Virus record (IMG/VR): IMGVR_UViG_3300042878_000903
Coordinates: 45,969-109,968 of that record
Direction: 5' to 3' (one strand)
DNA length: 64,000 bases
Source of the DNA: a virus
Shown: positions 21,152 through 30,463 of the stretch, one piece after another
Numbering within the stretch: position 1 is the stretch's first letter
Layout of the letters: every line of letters starts with the position of its first letter
Made by a program: the position numbers and the translations under genes
The notes under the pieces: generated by a model
Databases searched by the model: none
What the model saw: only the letters and a program-made list of their open reading frames with translations
What the model was told of the DNA's origin: nothing

Positions 21152-21520
21152 CTACTCCTTTTTGTATCCGAGTCCCGCTCCGATACCAAACCCTGCTTCT
21201 GAAGCAAACTGACCTTGTAGTGAAACAACATCGGATGCATCTGCAGTTATTCCAAGAGCCTTTCTTCTTACATCTTCAAAGCTCTTGCTTTCTTCTTGTT
21301 CTTCGGCGCCATCAAGTTCTACGCCTTGTATTGCGGCCAAAAACTTTCTTTTTTCTGATTCAGACTTTTGCATAGATTTAAAAGTTTGAATCAATTCTGG
21401 CATTGAAAGGTTGTCTTCCAATTCCTCGTAATTCTTATAGTTTCCTATTAGAAATACTTCTCCTTCTAATGCAGCTAGATCTAGTTCTGACCAGCTAGAA
21501 CCGCTGCTGCTAGCAAATTT
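21152..21520 (-). CDS. tail assembly chaperone, -1 frameshift extension (gpT-like)
   Basis: -1 frame open from the slippery site A AAT TTG (21520-21514) through WSELDLAALEGEVF... to 21152. Confidence 0.75.
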   Translation of the reverse strand, partial: KFASSSGSSWSELDLAALEGEVFLIGNYKNYEELEDNLSMPELIQTFKSMQKSESEKRKFLAAIQGVELDGAEEQEESKSFEDVRRKALGITADASDVVSLQGQFASEAGFGIGAGLGYKKE

Positions 21521-21813
21521 GGATCGTCCATCTTAATGCCACCGCAAACTTCAAGGATGCGATTAATTGTTGGAACATCAAGAGTATCCTCAAATGCGTC
21601 TCTATTTTTTACCAAATCTGGAAGCTGCTTCTCTAGTGCTACTGCACAAGCATCGATTAGGATGGTTAGCGTCTCATCTTCTGTAGTTACTTCTGCTGTC
21701 TTTGCAATAGCTGCCATAAACTTTCTAAGCTCTTTAATTGTTAAAGGCTTTAACTTTACGGTTGCGCCATTTTGTAGTTGAATCTCTTCTACATCATATA
21801 CTGTTGTTGCCAA
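21481..21813 (-). CDS. tail assembly chaperone (gpG-like)
   Basis: Between tail tube and tape measure; contains in-frame XXXYYYZ heptamer. Confidence 0.8.
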   Translation of the reverse strand: MATTVYDVEEIQLQNGATVKLKPLTIKELRKFMAAIAKTAEVTTEDETLTILIDACAVALEKQLPDLVKNRDAFEDTLDVPTINRILEVCGGIKMDDPNLLAAAVLAGQN

Positions 21814-21876
21814 TTTAAATCCTCCTAGGATCTCGTCTTAATTATTGTATCATATCAGAATTACCAATACAATGAT

Positions 21877-21906
21877 AAAACCCCCCTAATTTCTTAGGGG
21901 GGTTTT
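21877..21906 (-). terminator. intrinsic terminator after major tail gene
   Basis: AAAACCCCCCTAA-TTTC-TTAGGGGGGTTTT hairpin. Confidence 0.8.
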
Positions 21907-21928
21907 ACTAATTAATAAGAATTAATTA

Positions 21929-22663
21929 TTATGCGTGGGTTGAAATGATACGGTCAATAATTAGTCCGTATTCCTGACCTACCTTGATGCCGTCTGGAAG
22001 CAAACGGAATGTTACTGGGAATGTTGATGCTGCGTTACGAGCCAAAGAGAACTGTGACTGTTGTACAGAAAGAACACGACGTGCATAATATACACGCTCA
22101 GCAATCAAACCTAGTGTACCGTCAGATGCTGCTGTACCACCTTGTGGTGCTGCACCGACTGCAACTAATTGACGCTCATTTGGAGCTGCTCCTAGAGCAC
22201 CTGCCTCAAGACCAAGTGTGCTCTTTGCAGCAGCAGCTGTTCCTGAATTTGATAAAGTTGATGTTCCTTGACCAAATACGGCTAGAATGTTCTCAAGAGT
22301 ACCTTCTGCCATTTCTGTTGCGATCATAACTTCCATTGACTCCTTGAAAAGCTTTGCTGTATCAAGAAGCTGATCTACTGTTACTGAACCGTATGATGGG
22401 TTGTAAGTAATTTGAAGACCGTTGTTTGTGTAACCTACGTTACGGAATTTGTTTGTTGCATCTGCATTTAGAGTTTCTGTATAAGACTTTCCTGCTGTCT
22501 TAACTGCTGGGGTTCCAGTTGAAGTTTCGTTTTCGAAAGCTACACCTGCTGCTGAACCTGGCTCCATGTTTTCTACATATCCTGATGTTGTGATGTCTTT
22601 AGTAGACAAAAAGAGCGGTGAAGCTCCAACAAGAATATTTTTAGCATTGTTATACTTTGCCAT
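21929..22663 (-). CDS. major tail tube protein
   Basis: NILVGA...VGYTNNGLQITY...VDQL...FPVTFRLLP; strong RBS; terminator downstream. Confidence 0.85.
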   Translation of the reverse strand: MAKYNNAKNILVGASPLFLSTKDITTSGYVENMEPGSAAGVAFENETSTGTPAVKTAGKSYTETLNADATNKFRNVGYTNNGLQITYNPSYGSVTVDQLLDTAKLFKESMEVMIATEMAEGTLENILAVFGQGTSTLSNSGTAAAAKSTLGLEAGALGAAPNERQLVAVGAAPQGGTAASDGTLGLIAERVYYARRVLSVQQSQFSLARNAASTFPVTFRLLPDGIKVGQEYGLIIDRIISTHA

Positions 22664-22786
22664 GCTGTACTACCTCCTGTTAAATAAATATATATATATA
22701 TTGACTTACTGTAAATCTTTAAATCAAGCTGGCTAGGCTCATTTCCTCTTGGTATAATTTTATCTTACAATCAACTAAAAGGCAAA

Positions 22787-23293
22787 CTAATCAAATCTAC
22801 CGTTTGGACCTACTGTTCTGGAGTATTTGACTTCTAGTATTACGTCGGCGGCTAGAAAGCCTGCAAGCTCCTCAGATGGCTCTGTAGGAGACATGTCTAC
22901 AATTAAGGTATTGTGAAATATTATTTTGTCTGTAGATCTTGACCTGTTTAGGTCTCTGGCAGAATCGTCCATTCTCCTGAATACGTCCATCATCATATTT
23001 CTAATGGCATTTATTTCGGCGTGGTCTACTGAGTAGATTGTAAATGATATCTTTTCGCAACATATCATCCAGTTCTCTTCGTATGTGCTACCTATCTTGT
23101 CATAAACAATATGGGTCTTACCGCTTAAAAATTGGCTCATTTCTGGAGCTTGCTGAACTGGAATAATTGGAATTATTGATTCGCCTAAATTGTCGCTATA
23201 ATATGAGTTAGGATCTACTAGGCTATTGAGTATAAGTTCTTGCCATAAGTGTTTTCTAATTTCATACATTGCATCTATATTATAATTTACCAT
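22787..23293 (-). CDS. tail terminator/completion protein
   Basis: Position immediately upstream of tail tube. Confidence 0.6.
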   Translation of the reverse strand: MVNYNIDAMYEIRKHLWQELILNSLVDPNSYYSDNLGESIIPIIPVQQAPEMSQFLSGKTHIVYDKIGSTYEENWMICCEKISFTIYSVDHAEINAIRNMMMDVFRRMDDSARDLNRSRSTDKIIFHNTLIVDMSPTEPSEELAGFLAADVILEVKYSRTVGPNGRFD

Positions 23294-24087
23294 TATGCTG
23301 CTCCTCCAAATTGTTCAGTTAATGCTGAGTCCGCCTGTAGTCTAATTGTACCTGGACTAAAAGAATAACGCACCTTGGATATAGAAGAAGGAACCCTCAT
23401 TGCTTTTTCAAATTTGGATCCGAATATATTTTGAAATCCAGACGCTTTTATAGAATGAGATACCATAGGTCCACTAAAATATCTGCTATATGCAAGATTG
23501 AATTGATTAGTAGATGCTCTACCGCCTGGGCTTCTTACTGTAACTGACTTACCCTTTGGCATAAATACAACTTCTCCATCAATTTCAAATACCAGCCTTT
23601 CAGCTGATTTTGGTCTGATTGTAATTGGCATACCTTTTTCCATTACCGCAGCTTTATTTGCAAAAACGTATCTGCTCTTCTGTTTTCTATTTTTTGTAGG
23701 CACGGAAGATTTAGATAATTTTAAATCATAATTAATTTTAAATGAAAGTCCAACTGAATCCATTCTATTTAGTTTAAATAATCTACCAGCAGTTTGCCCA
23801 GTTTTATTCCATTCATATACATGGTGTAATGATTTTGGCTTTGTACGAGCTTGTGAGTCTATGAATAAACCAAAGTCCTGATCTATCTGGTTAAATATTG
23901 TAGTTTTAAAAAGTCTTTGAAAGGACTTATTTGCCGTAAGCTTTGCTGCTACATTTGCCTGGTAATATAAAAATGCAGATATCTGTGCTACGTTACTATC
24001 TTTAACAACTCCAGCAGCAGATGAACCGACCATTAATCTTTCTAGGCCAGACGCCGCTTGTAGTAGTGCTACTCCGTTAGTCTCCAA
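23293..24087 (-). CDS. neck/tail completion protein
   Basis: Position; LHHVYEW motif. Confidence 0.55.
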   Translation of the reverse strand: METNGVALLQAASGLERLMVGSSAAGVVKDSNVAQISAFLYYQANVAAKLTANKSFQRLFKTTIFNQIDQDFGLFIDSQARTKPKSLHHVYEWNKTGQTAGRLFKLNRMDSVGLSFKINYDLKLSKSSVPTKNRKQKSRYVFANKAAVMEKGMPITIRPKSAERLVFEIDGEVVFMPKGKSVTVRSPGGRASTNQFNLAYSRYFSGPMVSHSIKASGFQNIFGSKFEKAMRVPSSISKVRYSFSPGTIRLQADSALTEQFGGAA

Positions 24088-24505
24088 TTATCTGGTTCTC
24101 CGACCTTTTGGCAATTGAGTTATATGCCATAAGTGTTCCAAACGGATCTGTAATTGGTGTTGAGCTTACTATCTCAAAAACTGTGGGTGTATCATTTGGG
24201 TAATTCAATTCATACCATATTACATTATTAGATGAATCTTTAATGTTAGTTATCTTTTGTCTATATGTAATTGGTGTTTGTGTTCTAATTTCTATAGTTT
24301 GAGTGTTTTCATATTTAATTGATATAGACCTATTGTCTCCGCTTCTTGCAGAAGATGAGTTAGATATAATTCCTTTTGCAAAACAAGGGAGTGTCTTTTC
24401 ATATATCCAAGACTTTTTAATGGCACCAGTATTTGGGTCCTGATAATCTTCTTGCATATATATATCTACTTTCATATTGAAAATAGAATCGACCAGATTG
24501 TTCAT
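24077..24505 (-). CDS. head closure/stopper protein
   Basis: Position and size in head-tail module. Confidence 0.55.
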   Translation of the reverse strand: MNNLVDSIFNMKVDIYMQEDYQDPNTGAIKKSWIYEKTLPCFAKGIISNSSSARSGDNRSISIKYENTQTIEIRTQTPITYRQKITNIKDSSNNVIWYELNYPNDTPTVFEIVSSTPITDPFGTLMAYNSIAKRSENQIIGD

Positions 24506-24506
24506 G

Positions 24507-25487
24507 TTAAATAACTACCATCTTATTTGTAACGTATGGCAGCAATAGCTGGTCTGCATAGTTATTTCCTGTGCCGCTAAATGCTGATGTGTCGTATTGG
24601 AACTGCCAGTCAAATGTTTGTATGCTCTTTATGTATTTATTGCGCCACTCTTTGTCTTTAGAAAAAAAGTCTCTCATTAATTCTATACATGCAAGCTCTA
24701 CTTCGTCTGGAACATTATCCCAGCCATATCTACCAGCAACTCTGTATGTTCCGCCATTTACAAATATACCTCTTCCGCTATCATTAATGCTTGGAGGAAT
24801 CATGCCATTTGCGTAATACACTACATTGTCTAAAGCGTTTGATCTATCCACTCTTAACCCAAATCCACTTTCAGATATGGAAACTGGCATGTTTAAATTA
24901 TTAATACTGTTAATGGTGTCAACCAAAAGCATGTCATTTAAATAAAGCTCGTGTAACTGGTTAATTTTTTGAGGCAATGGCAGGACGTCTGCTCCAGTTG
25001 AATAAACAATATTTACATCATCATATAAATGGAACTGCTGTCCAGTATAATTTTCAATTAATTTTCTAGCATATCGCTCTGCAGCAACTAGGTCAGCAAA
25101 TGTTTTATAATTTGGGTCAGACTGATCAAATCCAAACCCTAATGCATCTGCTGCCTGAGTTAAATCTGCGTATGGAGTTACAACAAAAATCTTATGCTCT
25201 TTTGTTACTAACTGTCCGTCAACCTGATATTCCCATACTAGCTTTAATGATCTAGGTCTGTTTGTAAGAGTCAGTGGCGGGTATACGCTGTATACTCCAA
25301 AGTCTGTGTCTACTTCTTCTGCTGTTTGTGTGTGTAGAATAGTGACTGGATTAATAGATGGAGCAACTGCTGGGTCTTCAGTTATGTCATAAAACTTAAC
25401 TGTTGGAAGTGAATCTGCTCTAGATATGCCGCCTTTCCAAAAGACTCTTTGCTTTACTGGAGCATTTGTTCCTACTATAATTTCCAT
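24507..25487 (-). CDS. head-tail adaptor
   Basis: A..LIENYTGQ.F, GRYGW..VPDEVELAC, ADQLLLPY motifs. Confidence 0.75.
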   Translation of the reverse strand: MEIIVGTNAPVKQRVFWKGGISRADSLPTVKFYDITEDPAVAPSINPVTILHTQTAEEVDTDFGVYSVYPPLTLTNRPRSLKLVWEYQVDGQLVTKEHKIFVVTPYADLTQAADALGFGFDQSDPNYKTFADLVAAERYARKLIENYTGQQFHLYDDVNIVYSTGADVLPLPQKINQLHELYLNDMLLVDTINSINNLNMPVSISESGFGLRVDRSNALDNVVYYANGMIPPSINDSGRGIFVNGGTYRVAGRYGWDNVPDEVELACIELMRDFFSKDKEWRNKYIKSIQTFDWQFQYDTSAFSGTGNNYADQLLLPYVTNKMVVI

Positions 25488-25502
25488 TTTGTGTTGTTAA
25501 GA

Positions 25503-25898
25503 TTAGCCGTAATAATCCTGTACTTCTTTTGGTGTGGCTAAACGAAACCCCTCCTCTATATCAAAAATTTCTTGAGCAGAATCTTTGTGCATTGCTACAA
25601 ATGGGTGTTCTTGTGTAAAAGTGTGGCCCAAAATATCATACCTAAAGTTTGCTCTTGTCATTCTAACTAGTACAGTATCTTCTGTACGCTCTGCCTTTGG
25701 ATCAAATACTGGAAGGACTTCAATTTCCTCTTTTGCATCTTCTATATCTTTTAGTGTCTTGGCATACAGTTCGTATGTAACACCCTCTTCTGATAATGCT
25801 GCGATTATGTCTTGCTTATTCTTAAGTCCTTCTGTTTCAACTGCAAAATCTTCTGCAATTGCTTTTAGTTCTCCGACCTTTAATGTGTCAAAAGACAT
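25503..25898 (-). CDS. Rho-N/HeH-like domain protein
   Basis: LKVGELKAIAEDFAV...KNKQDIIAAL. Confidence 0.6.
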   Translation of the reverse strand: MSFDTLKVGELKAIAEDFAVETEGLKNKQDIIAALSEEGVTYELYAKTLKDIEDAKEEIEVLPVFDPKAERTEDTVLVRMTRANFRYDILGHTFTQEHPFVAMHKDSAQEIFDIEEGFRLATPKEVQDYYG

Positions 25899-25950
25899 TT
25901 ATTACTCCTTTTTCTAGGTAAATCCATTATAGCATTGTATAATTAAAATG

Positions 25951-25976
25951 AAAAGCCCCCAAAATTAATTGGGGGC
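25951..25976 (-). terminator. terminator after major capsid gene
   Basis: GCCCCC...GGGGGC stem with U-run on the minus strand. Confidence 0.7.
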
Positions 25977-25997
25977 CTCTCTGAGATTAATTCCTAA

Positions 25998-27050
25998 TTA
26001 GGAAGCAACCTTAACGTTCTTTACAACTACCCAAGCGTCTGCCTGCTCGATTTGAACGCCAACACGAGTATACATTGTGTACTCGATTGAGTCCTTACGT
26101 GGCCAGAAGAAGCGGTAAACTGTTACGTCACGCTTTACACCAATTACCACGTTGTTAGGGAATGTCAAGTGGACATCTCCGTGTGATCCTGATGGACTTG
26201 CGTATGTACCAGTTTGTGTCTCTGGAAGAAGTGGAACTTCAACGATTGGAATACCAAATGCGTATGGAGCTACATATCCTGCAGGACCTCCTAGAACAGG
26301 AACATCACCACGGATAATGCCAGAGGCAATATCTTGTGGAGTAACGTTCTGAACGTTCTGTGAGTTAGAGTATAAGTAATCTTGGATCAAGTTTGATCCT
26401 GCAAGGAAGCGAAGGTCTGTACGACGTTGCTTGTACTTACGTGGAAGAGCCTTAAGTGCTGAGTTGAATACTGCACGGGAGATATTAGCTCCTGCTGCAT
26501 CTACTACACGACCAGAGGTCTTAGCTTTCTTTACAACACCATTAAATGACTTGTAAAGAGCATCGGTTGTTAGAGATTCGTCACCGTTAAGAATAACATC
26601 TTCGATGTCATTTCCTGCTTGTGTCGCCATCAAACGTGCAATGTGATCTTCTAGATCTGCACCCTCGATGTTATCTTCTAGTGATTCTGTTGAAAGCTCC
26701 CAGTCCATGCGTAGCTTCTTTGTTGTTAAAGAGATCTTTGAGAAAGTTACAGCTGAGTTAACACCTGTATTGTCTCCTTCGGATGCAAGCTTAACAAGCT
26801 TCTCTCCTACTGACATACGATCAATTTCTGTTGTGTCTGACTTCATTCGAACTGTACGTGCGACTTTTCCAATTACGGTTGAATCGAACATATAGTCTAG
26901 GAAGCGAGCTGATTGTTCTGGATTAAGAAGACCACCGTTGCCAGCCTCAGCTGCTACGTGTGTTCCACTTGTTGCTCCAGTTGATGATGCGAATCCAGCT
27001 GTAGCTGTTGTGCCTGCTGCGATTGCTTTTTCTAATGTTTCATTACTCAT
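25998..27050 (-). CDS. major capsid protein (HK97 fold)
   Basis: GGLLNPEQSARFLD, ELSTESLEDNIEG, GNDIEDVILNGD; follows protease. Confidence 0.92.
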   Translation of the reverse strand: MSNETLEKAIAAGTTATAGFASSTGATSGTHVAAEAGNGGLLNPEQSARFLDYMFDSTVIGKVARTVRMKSDTTEIDRMSVGEKLVKLASEGDNTGVNSAVTFSKISLTTKKLRMDWELSTESLEDNIEGADLEDHIARLMATQAGNDIEDVILNGDESLTTDALYKSFNGVVKKAKTSGRVVDAAGANISRAVFNSALKALPRKYKQRRTDLRFLAGSNLIQDYLYSNSQNVQNVTPQDIASGIIRGDVPVLGGPAGYVAPYAFGIPIVEVPLLPETQTGTYASPSGSHGDVHLTFPNNVVIGVKRDVTVYRFFWPRKDSIEYTMYTRVGVQIEQADAWVVVKNVKVAS

Positions 27051-27066
27051 TTTTATTTCACCTACC

Positions 27067-28410
27067 CTAGTTAAATATTTCGTTTACGGAACCGAGGAAA
27101 GAACCGTTCCATTTTGATTTGTTTACTGCTGGTACAACAGACCCGCCAAGGTCTGAGGACTTTTTAATTGCTGTATCGCCTTCTACGGCATCTACACGCT
27201 TTTGAACACCATCAATGGTGCCCTTTATTTCTGTGACAGCGGCACTAAGTGCACTGTGCTTTTCTGCTAACTCTGTAATTTGAGCATTTACGCCCTTGCT
27301 AAAAGTCTCTACAGTTTCTTTGATTTCTGAAACCTGTGCTGCATTTGCCTCTGTAGCCTTGCTAAGAGTATCTGCAAAGAATCCCTTTAGGTCTACTAAC
27401 ATTTTTGCAAAATCAGGTTCTTCAACTGCAGCTTCTGCTTGAGGAGCATCAACTGACTTAAAGACATCTACAGAAGCAGAGCCTGCATCTTCCACTGAGT
27501 TATCAGCGTTTGGTGCATCTTCGACTGCAGGTGCATCAGATGCCACTACGGTCTCTTCAACGATTGCTGTTTCTGCAGTTACTACTGTTGAATCTTCAGC
27601 TGTTACGTTTAGTTTTTCCACTTCATTACCTCCTTGTACGTTAACCTGTTTTGCTATTGTTTGTATTCCAGGTAACGGAACTCTTGACTTCTTAAATGAA
27701 GCAAGAATCTTATCTATCTCTTTTGATTTGTTTATGTCTGAGCTTTCGACCCATCCAATTAGCGTAGCTTCTTTTCCAGTAACTGGAGAAGAATACGTTT
27801 TGTCTGTCGAGATAAAAACAGAATCGCTTTCTTCGCAATAAAAAATATTTTCTGTAACTACATCTGCTGCCATACCTTTAAATACAAGTTGGCCGTTCAT
27901 TTTTTCTATTGAAATAATATTGCACATTTCGTTTGCTGGAGAATCAACAATTGATAATTCAATTAAATCGTAATCTTTAATAAATCTTACAGTTTCTCCT
28001 GTTGCTTTATTCATTTCATTATCTGACTCTTTAATTTTTCCGCCAATTGAAAAACCTGAAAGTGTTCCGTCAAGAACTTTCTCCCATGTATCTTGTGCAC
28101 CTTTAGAGATATATGATGTTACATAAACTCCATTATAAAATTCTTTTGATTTTTGATCGTAATATGTTTCTGGTTTAAAAGAAACTACTTTGCCTACAGC
28201 TAGTGGCTGATGCATCTCTCTAAGATTGCCTCTAAAACTTTCAAATGCTTTCAGGCTTGCTTCTGCTGTTACAACATCACCTGTTTGATCTACATTGTCT
28301 AATGTAGCAAATCCAGAAACAGTTCTATTCTCCCTATTCACTTTTGTGAACGGGACAGCTAAATGAATGTTTTGGCCGTCGGTGGACCACTGGGCTTTTT
28401 CAATGTTCAT
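27067..28410 (-). CDS. prohead protease with C-terminal scaffold region
   Basis: DQTGD, REMHQ, GFSIGG, ELSIVDSPAN; acidic and coiled-coil tail. Confidence 0.9.
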   Translation of the reverse strand: MNIEKAQWSTDGQNIHLAVPFTKVNRENRTVSGFATLDNVDQTGDVVTAEASLKAFESFRGNLREMHQPLAVGKVVSFKPETYYDQKSKEFYNGVYVTSYISKGAQDTWEKVLDGTLSGFSIGGKIKESDNEMNKATGETVRFIKDYDLIELSIVDSPANEMCNIISIEKMNGQLVFKGMAADVVTENIFYCEESDSVFISTDKTYSSPVTGKEATLIGWVESSDINKSKEIDKILASFKKSRVPLPGIQTIAKQVNVQGGNEVEKLNVTAEDSTVVTAETAIVEETVVASDAPAVEDAPNADNSVEDAGSASVDVFKSVDAPQAEAAVEEPDFAKMLVDLKGFFADTLSKATEANAAQVSEIKETVETFSKGVNAQITELAEKHSALSAAVTEIKGTIDGVQKRVDAVEGDTAIKKSSDLGGSVVPAVNKSKWNGSFLGSVNEIFN

Positions 28411-28463
28411 ATGCTTAATTTTAATGGTTTATCTACTATAAAGCAAATAGCAGTTGATTAGGG

Positions 28464-30047
28464 TTAGTCAACCCTTTTTCCGTCACCCTTTGCATTTCTG
28501 CCTTCTCCGACTTTATCGGAAGATGCGGCAGATCTTTCTGAATCCCTAGCCCTAGTTTTGCCAGCAGTTGCTTTTTGATCAGCTGCTTGCTGTGGCTTTA
28601 ATTCAACCATTTCATCTCCACCGTCAACAGGAATCATTCCTTTTCTAATTCTAACTTCATTAGGCGTAATTACCTGCATTCTTAAATATCTTTCGTCTAT
28701 TTGAGACTGAGTATCTTCGTCAGTTAAGGTCAACTCTTCAAATTTAATTTTTAATGCATCTGTTTTTTCTTCAATTATTGAATTAATTCTTTTTTCAAGT
28801 CTCATTTGAGCTGGACGGCAAACCTGCTCTTTAAATGTTTTATCTGCATCCCTGGCATTTGCCAAAGACACGCCTTCTGGAACACCAATTTTATTAATTG
28901 GAACTCTGTGTGCCAATAGAATTTCATCTCTATTTGATTGTCTATAAATATTAAATGAGGACTCTTGGGCACCAGCTTCAACTGGCTCCATTTTAAATTC
29001 AACTTTATTGTCTTGAGTGTCGGCTGGCAGAGGGATATATAGTGATCTATGGTTTTTACCCTTTAGTCCAACCTGGAAAAATTCAAGCAATTTTCTTTCT
29101 GACTCTGGAGAAAGCTTTGCTCCCTTTACGGTAATAATATATCTTGGGACAGCTTTGTTTTCAAAATAGTCTAAGTTATATCTTCCAGCAAATTCATTTC
29201 CAGCAAGCGACATCTGGGCTGCCACAATATCTGGGATTCCGTAATAGTTATTCATTGGAGTGTATTTCTTTAAATGAATAATTTCGTTTGGCCTATCTTC
29301 TGAATCACCAATTGGATTAATGGTTTCTGTGTCTCCAAAATTTCTAAAGAATACAGCCTTTCCATAAAGCAATTGCATAAATCCATCTCTAAGTCTTCTT
29401 ACACGCATGGTTTTTGATGGTATATGTCCAATATACCCAATGTCTCCACCTGTGGTTCTACCAATTTCAAGGTACCCGTTGCCAGTTGCCTCTAAGTCTG
29501 TATAAGCCTTTATTAATGTTTCGGTAAACGTATCTTCTTGATTTGTTGCATCTAGCCAGTCTTGAAGATCTTGCTTTAATTTATTTAATTTTCTACGAGC
29601 TCTATCTAGTTGCTTATCATCTGTTATTGCATCAATTGCATCATTTGTTTTTCTTGTTTCCATAAAAGAATATCCGAGACCAACAATGTTTGCTACCTTA
29701 GCATTAATGGCTGCGTAGTTGTATGTTGAAACTTCATATATTTGAGAAAGGTATTCTAAATTATATACTGGCTGTACAAGGTCAAACATTGCATATCCAG
29801 TAACTGCTGATTGTAATAGATTTTGCTGTGTCGCTGCACCATCTTTACCAGTAAATGATTTTGAAAAATCTCTATTTACTTTTCTTTTAAAATTTGTTCC
29901 AAGGCCTCTTACTTTTTTAAGGTCATCAATACCAATTGCAAATGGGTCTACGTGTTCTTTTTCTTTCTTAAATGAGAATAAGTCTGAGCTATTTTTAACA
30001 GATACTTCGTATGCATCTTCTGGTCCGTCTTCTAAAAATTGTGTCAT
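28464..30047 (-). CDS. portal protein
   Basis: DLEATGNGYLE, EIIHLK...YYGIP, YFENKAVP, ITPNEVR. Confidence 0.93.
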   Translation of the reverse strand: MTQFLEDGPEDAYEVSVKNSSDLFSFKKEKEHVDPFAIGIDDLKKVRGLGTNFKRKVNRDFSKSFTGKDGAATQQNLLQSAVTGYAMFDLVQPVYNLEYLSQIYEVSTYNYAAINAKVANIVGLGYSFMETRKTNDAIDAITDDKQLDRARRKLNKLKQDLQDWLDATNQEDTFTETLIKAYTDLEATGNGYLEIGRTTGGDIGYIGHIPSKTMRVRRLRDGFMQLLYGKAVFFRNFGDTETINPIGDSEDRPNEIIHLKKYTPMNNYYGIPDIVAAQMSLAGNEFAGRYNLDYFENKAVPRYIITVKGAKLSPESERKLLEFFQVGLKGKNHRSLYIPLPADTQDNKVEFKMEPVEAGAQESSFNIYRQSNRDEILLAHRVPINKIGVPEGVSLANARDADKTFKEQVCRPAQMRLEKRINSIIEEKTDALKIKFEELTLTDEDTQSQIDERYLRMQVITPNEVRIRKGMIPVDGGDEMVELKPQQAADQKATAGKTRARDSERSAASSDKVGEGRNAKGDGKRVD

Positions 30048-30382
30048 TTTACAGCTCCCCCTCTTAACATTGAATCTTTATACTCTCCAATATCTAATGG
30101 ATCTGGAGTAAGACCCCATTTAAGCCTTTCGTTTTGATGCTCAAACTCTTCGTCATCAATTTTTCTTCTACCTGAAAGAAACTTAGGTTGACCTTCGTTA
30201 ATTCCATAATGTCTAACAGAATCTGCGAGTGCGGCGATTTTAGATCTGTTACCTTTAGTTGATGTTATAGAAAGGAAATTGCCATCATCGTCGCCGATCC
30301 ATCGGCCATCTGGCATTTCCCATACGTATATGCCTAGACGTGTCTCTTCAATAACTTGACTTTTTTGATTTAAGATTTCCAT
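30044..30382 (-). CDS. hypothetical protein
   Basis: ORF coupled to portal start. Confidence 0.6.
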   Translation of the reverse strand: MEILNQKSQVIEETRLGIYVWEMPDGRWIGDDDGNFLSITSTKGNRSKIAALADSVRHYGINEGQPKFLSGRRKIDDEEFEHQNERLKWGLTPDPLDIGEYKDSMLRGGAVK

Positions 30383-30463
30383 ATGTTAACCAGTTTACCA
30401 TTATTCTCAACAAAAGTCCATCTTCTGTACCAGTCTATGACAATATTTTAAAAATATTGCAGG

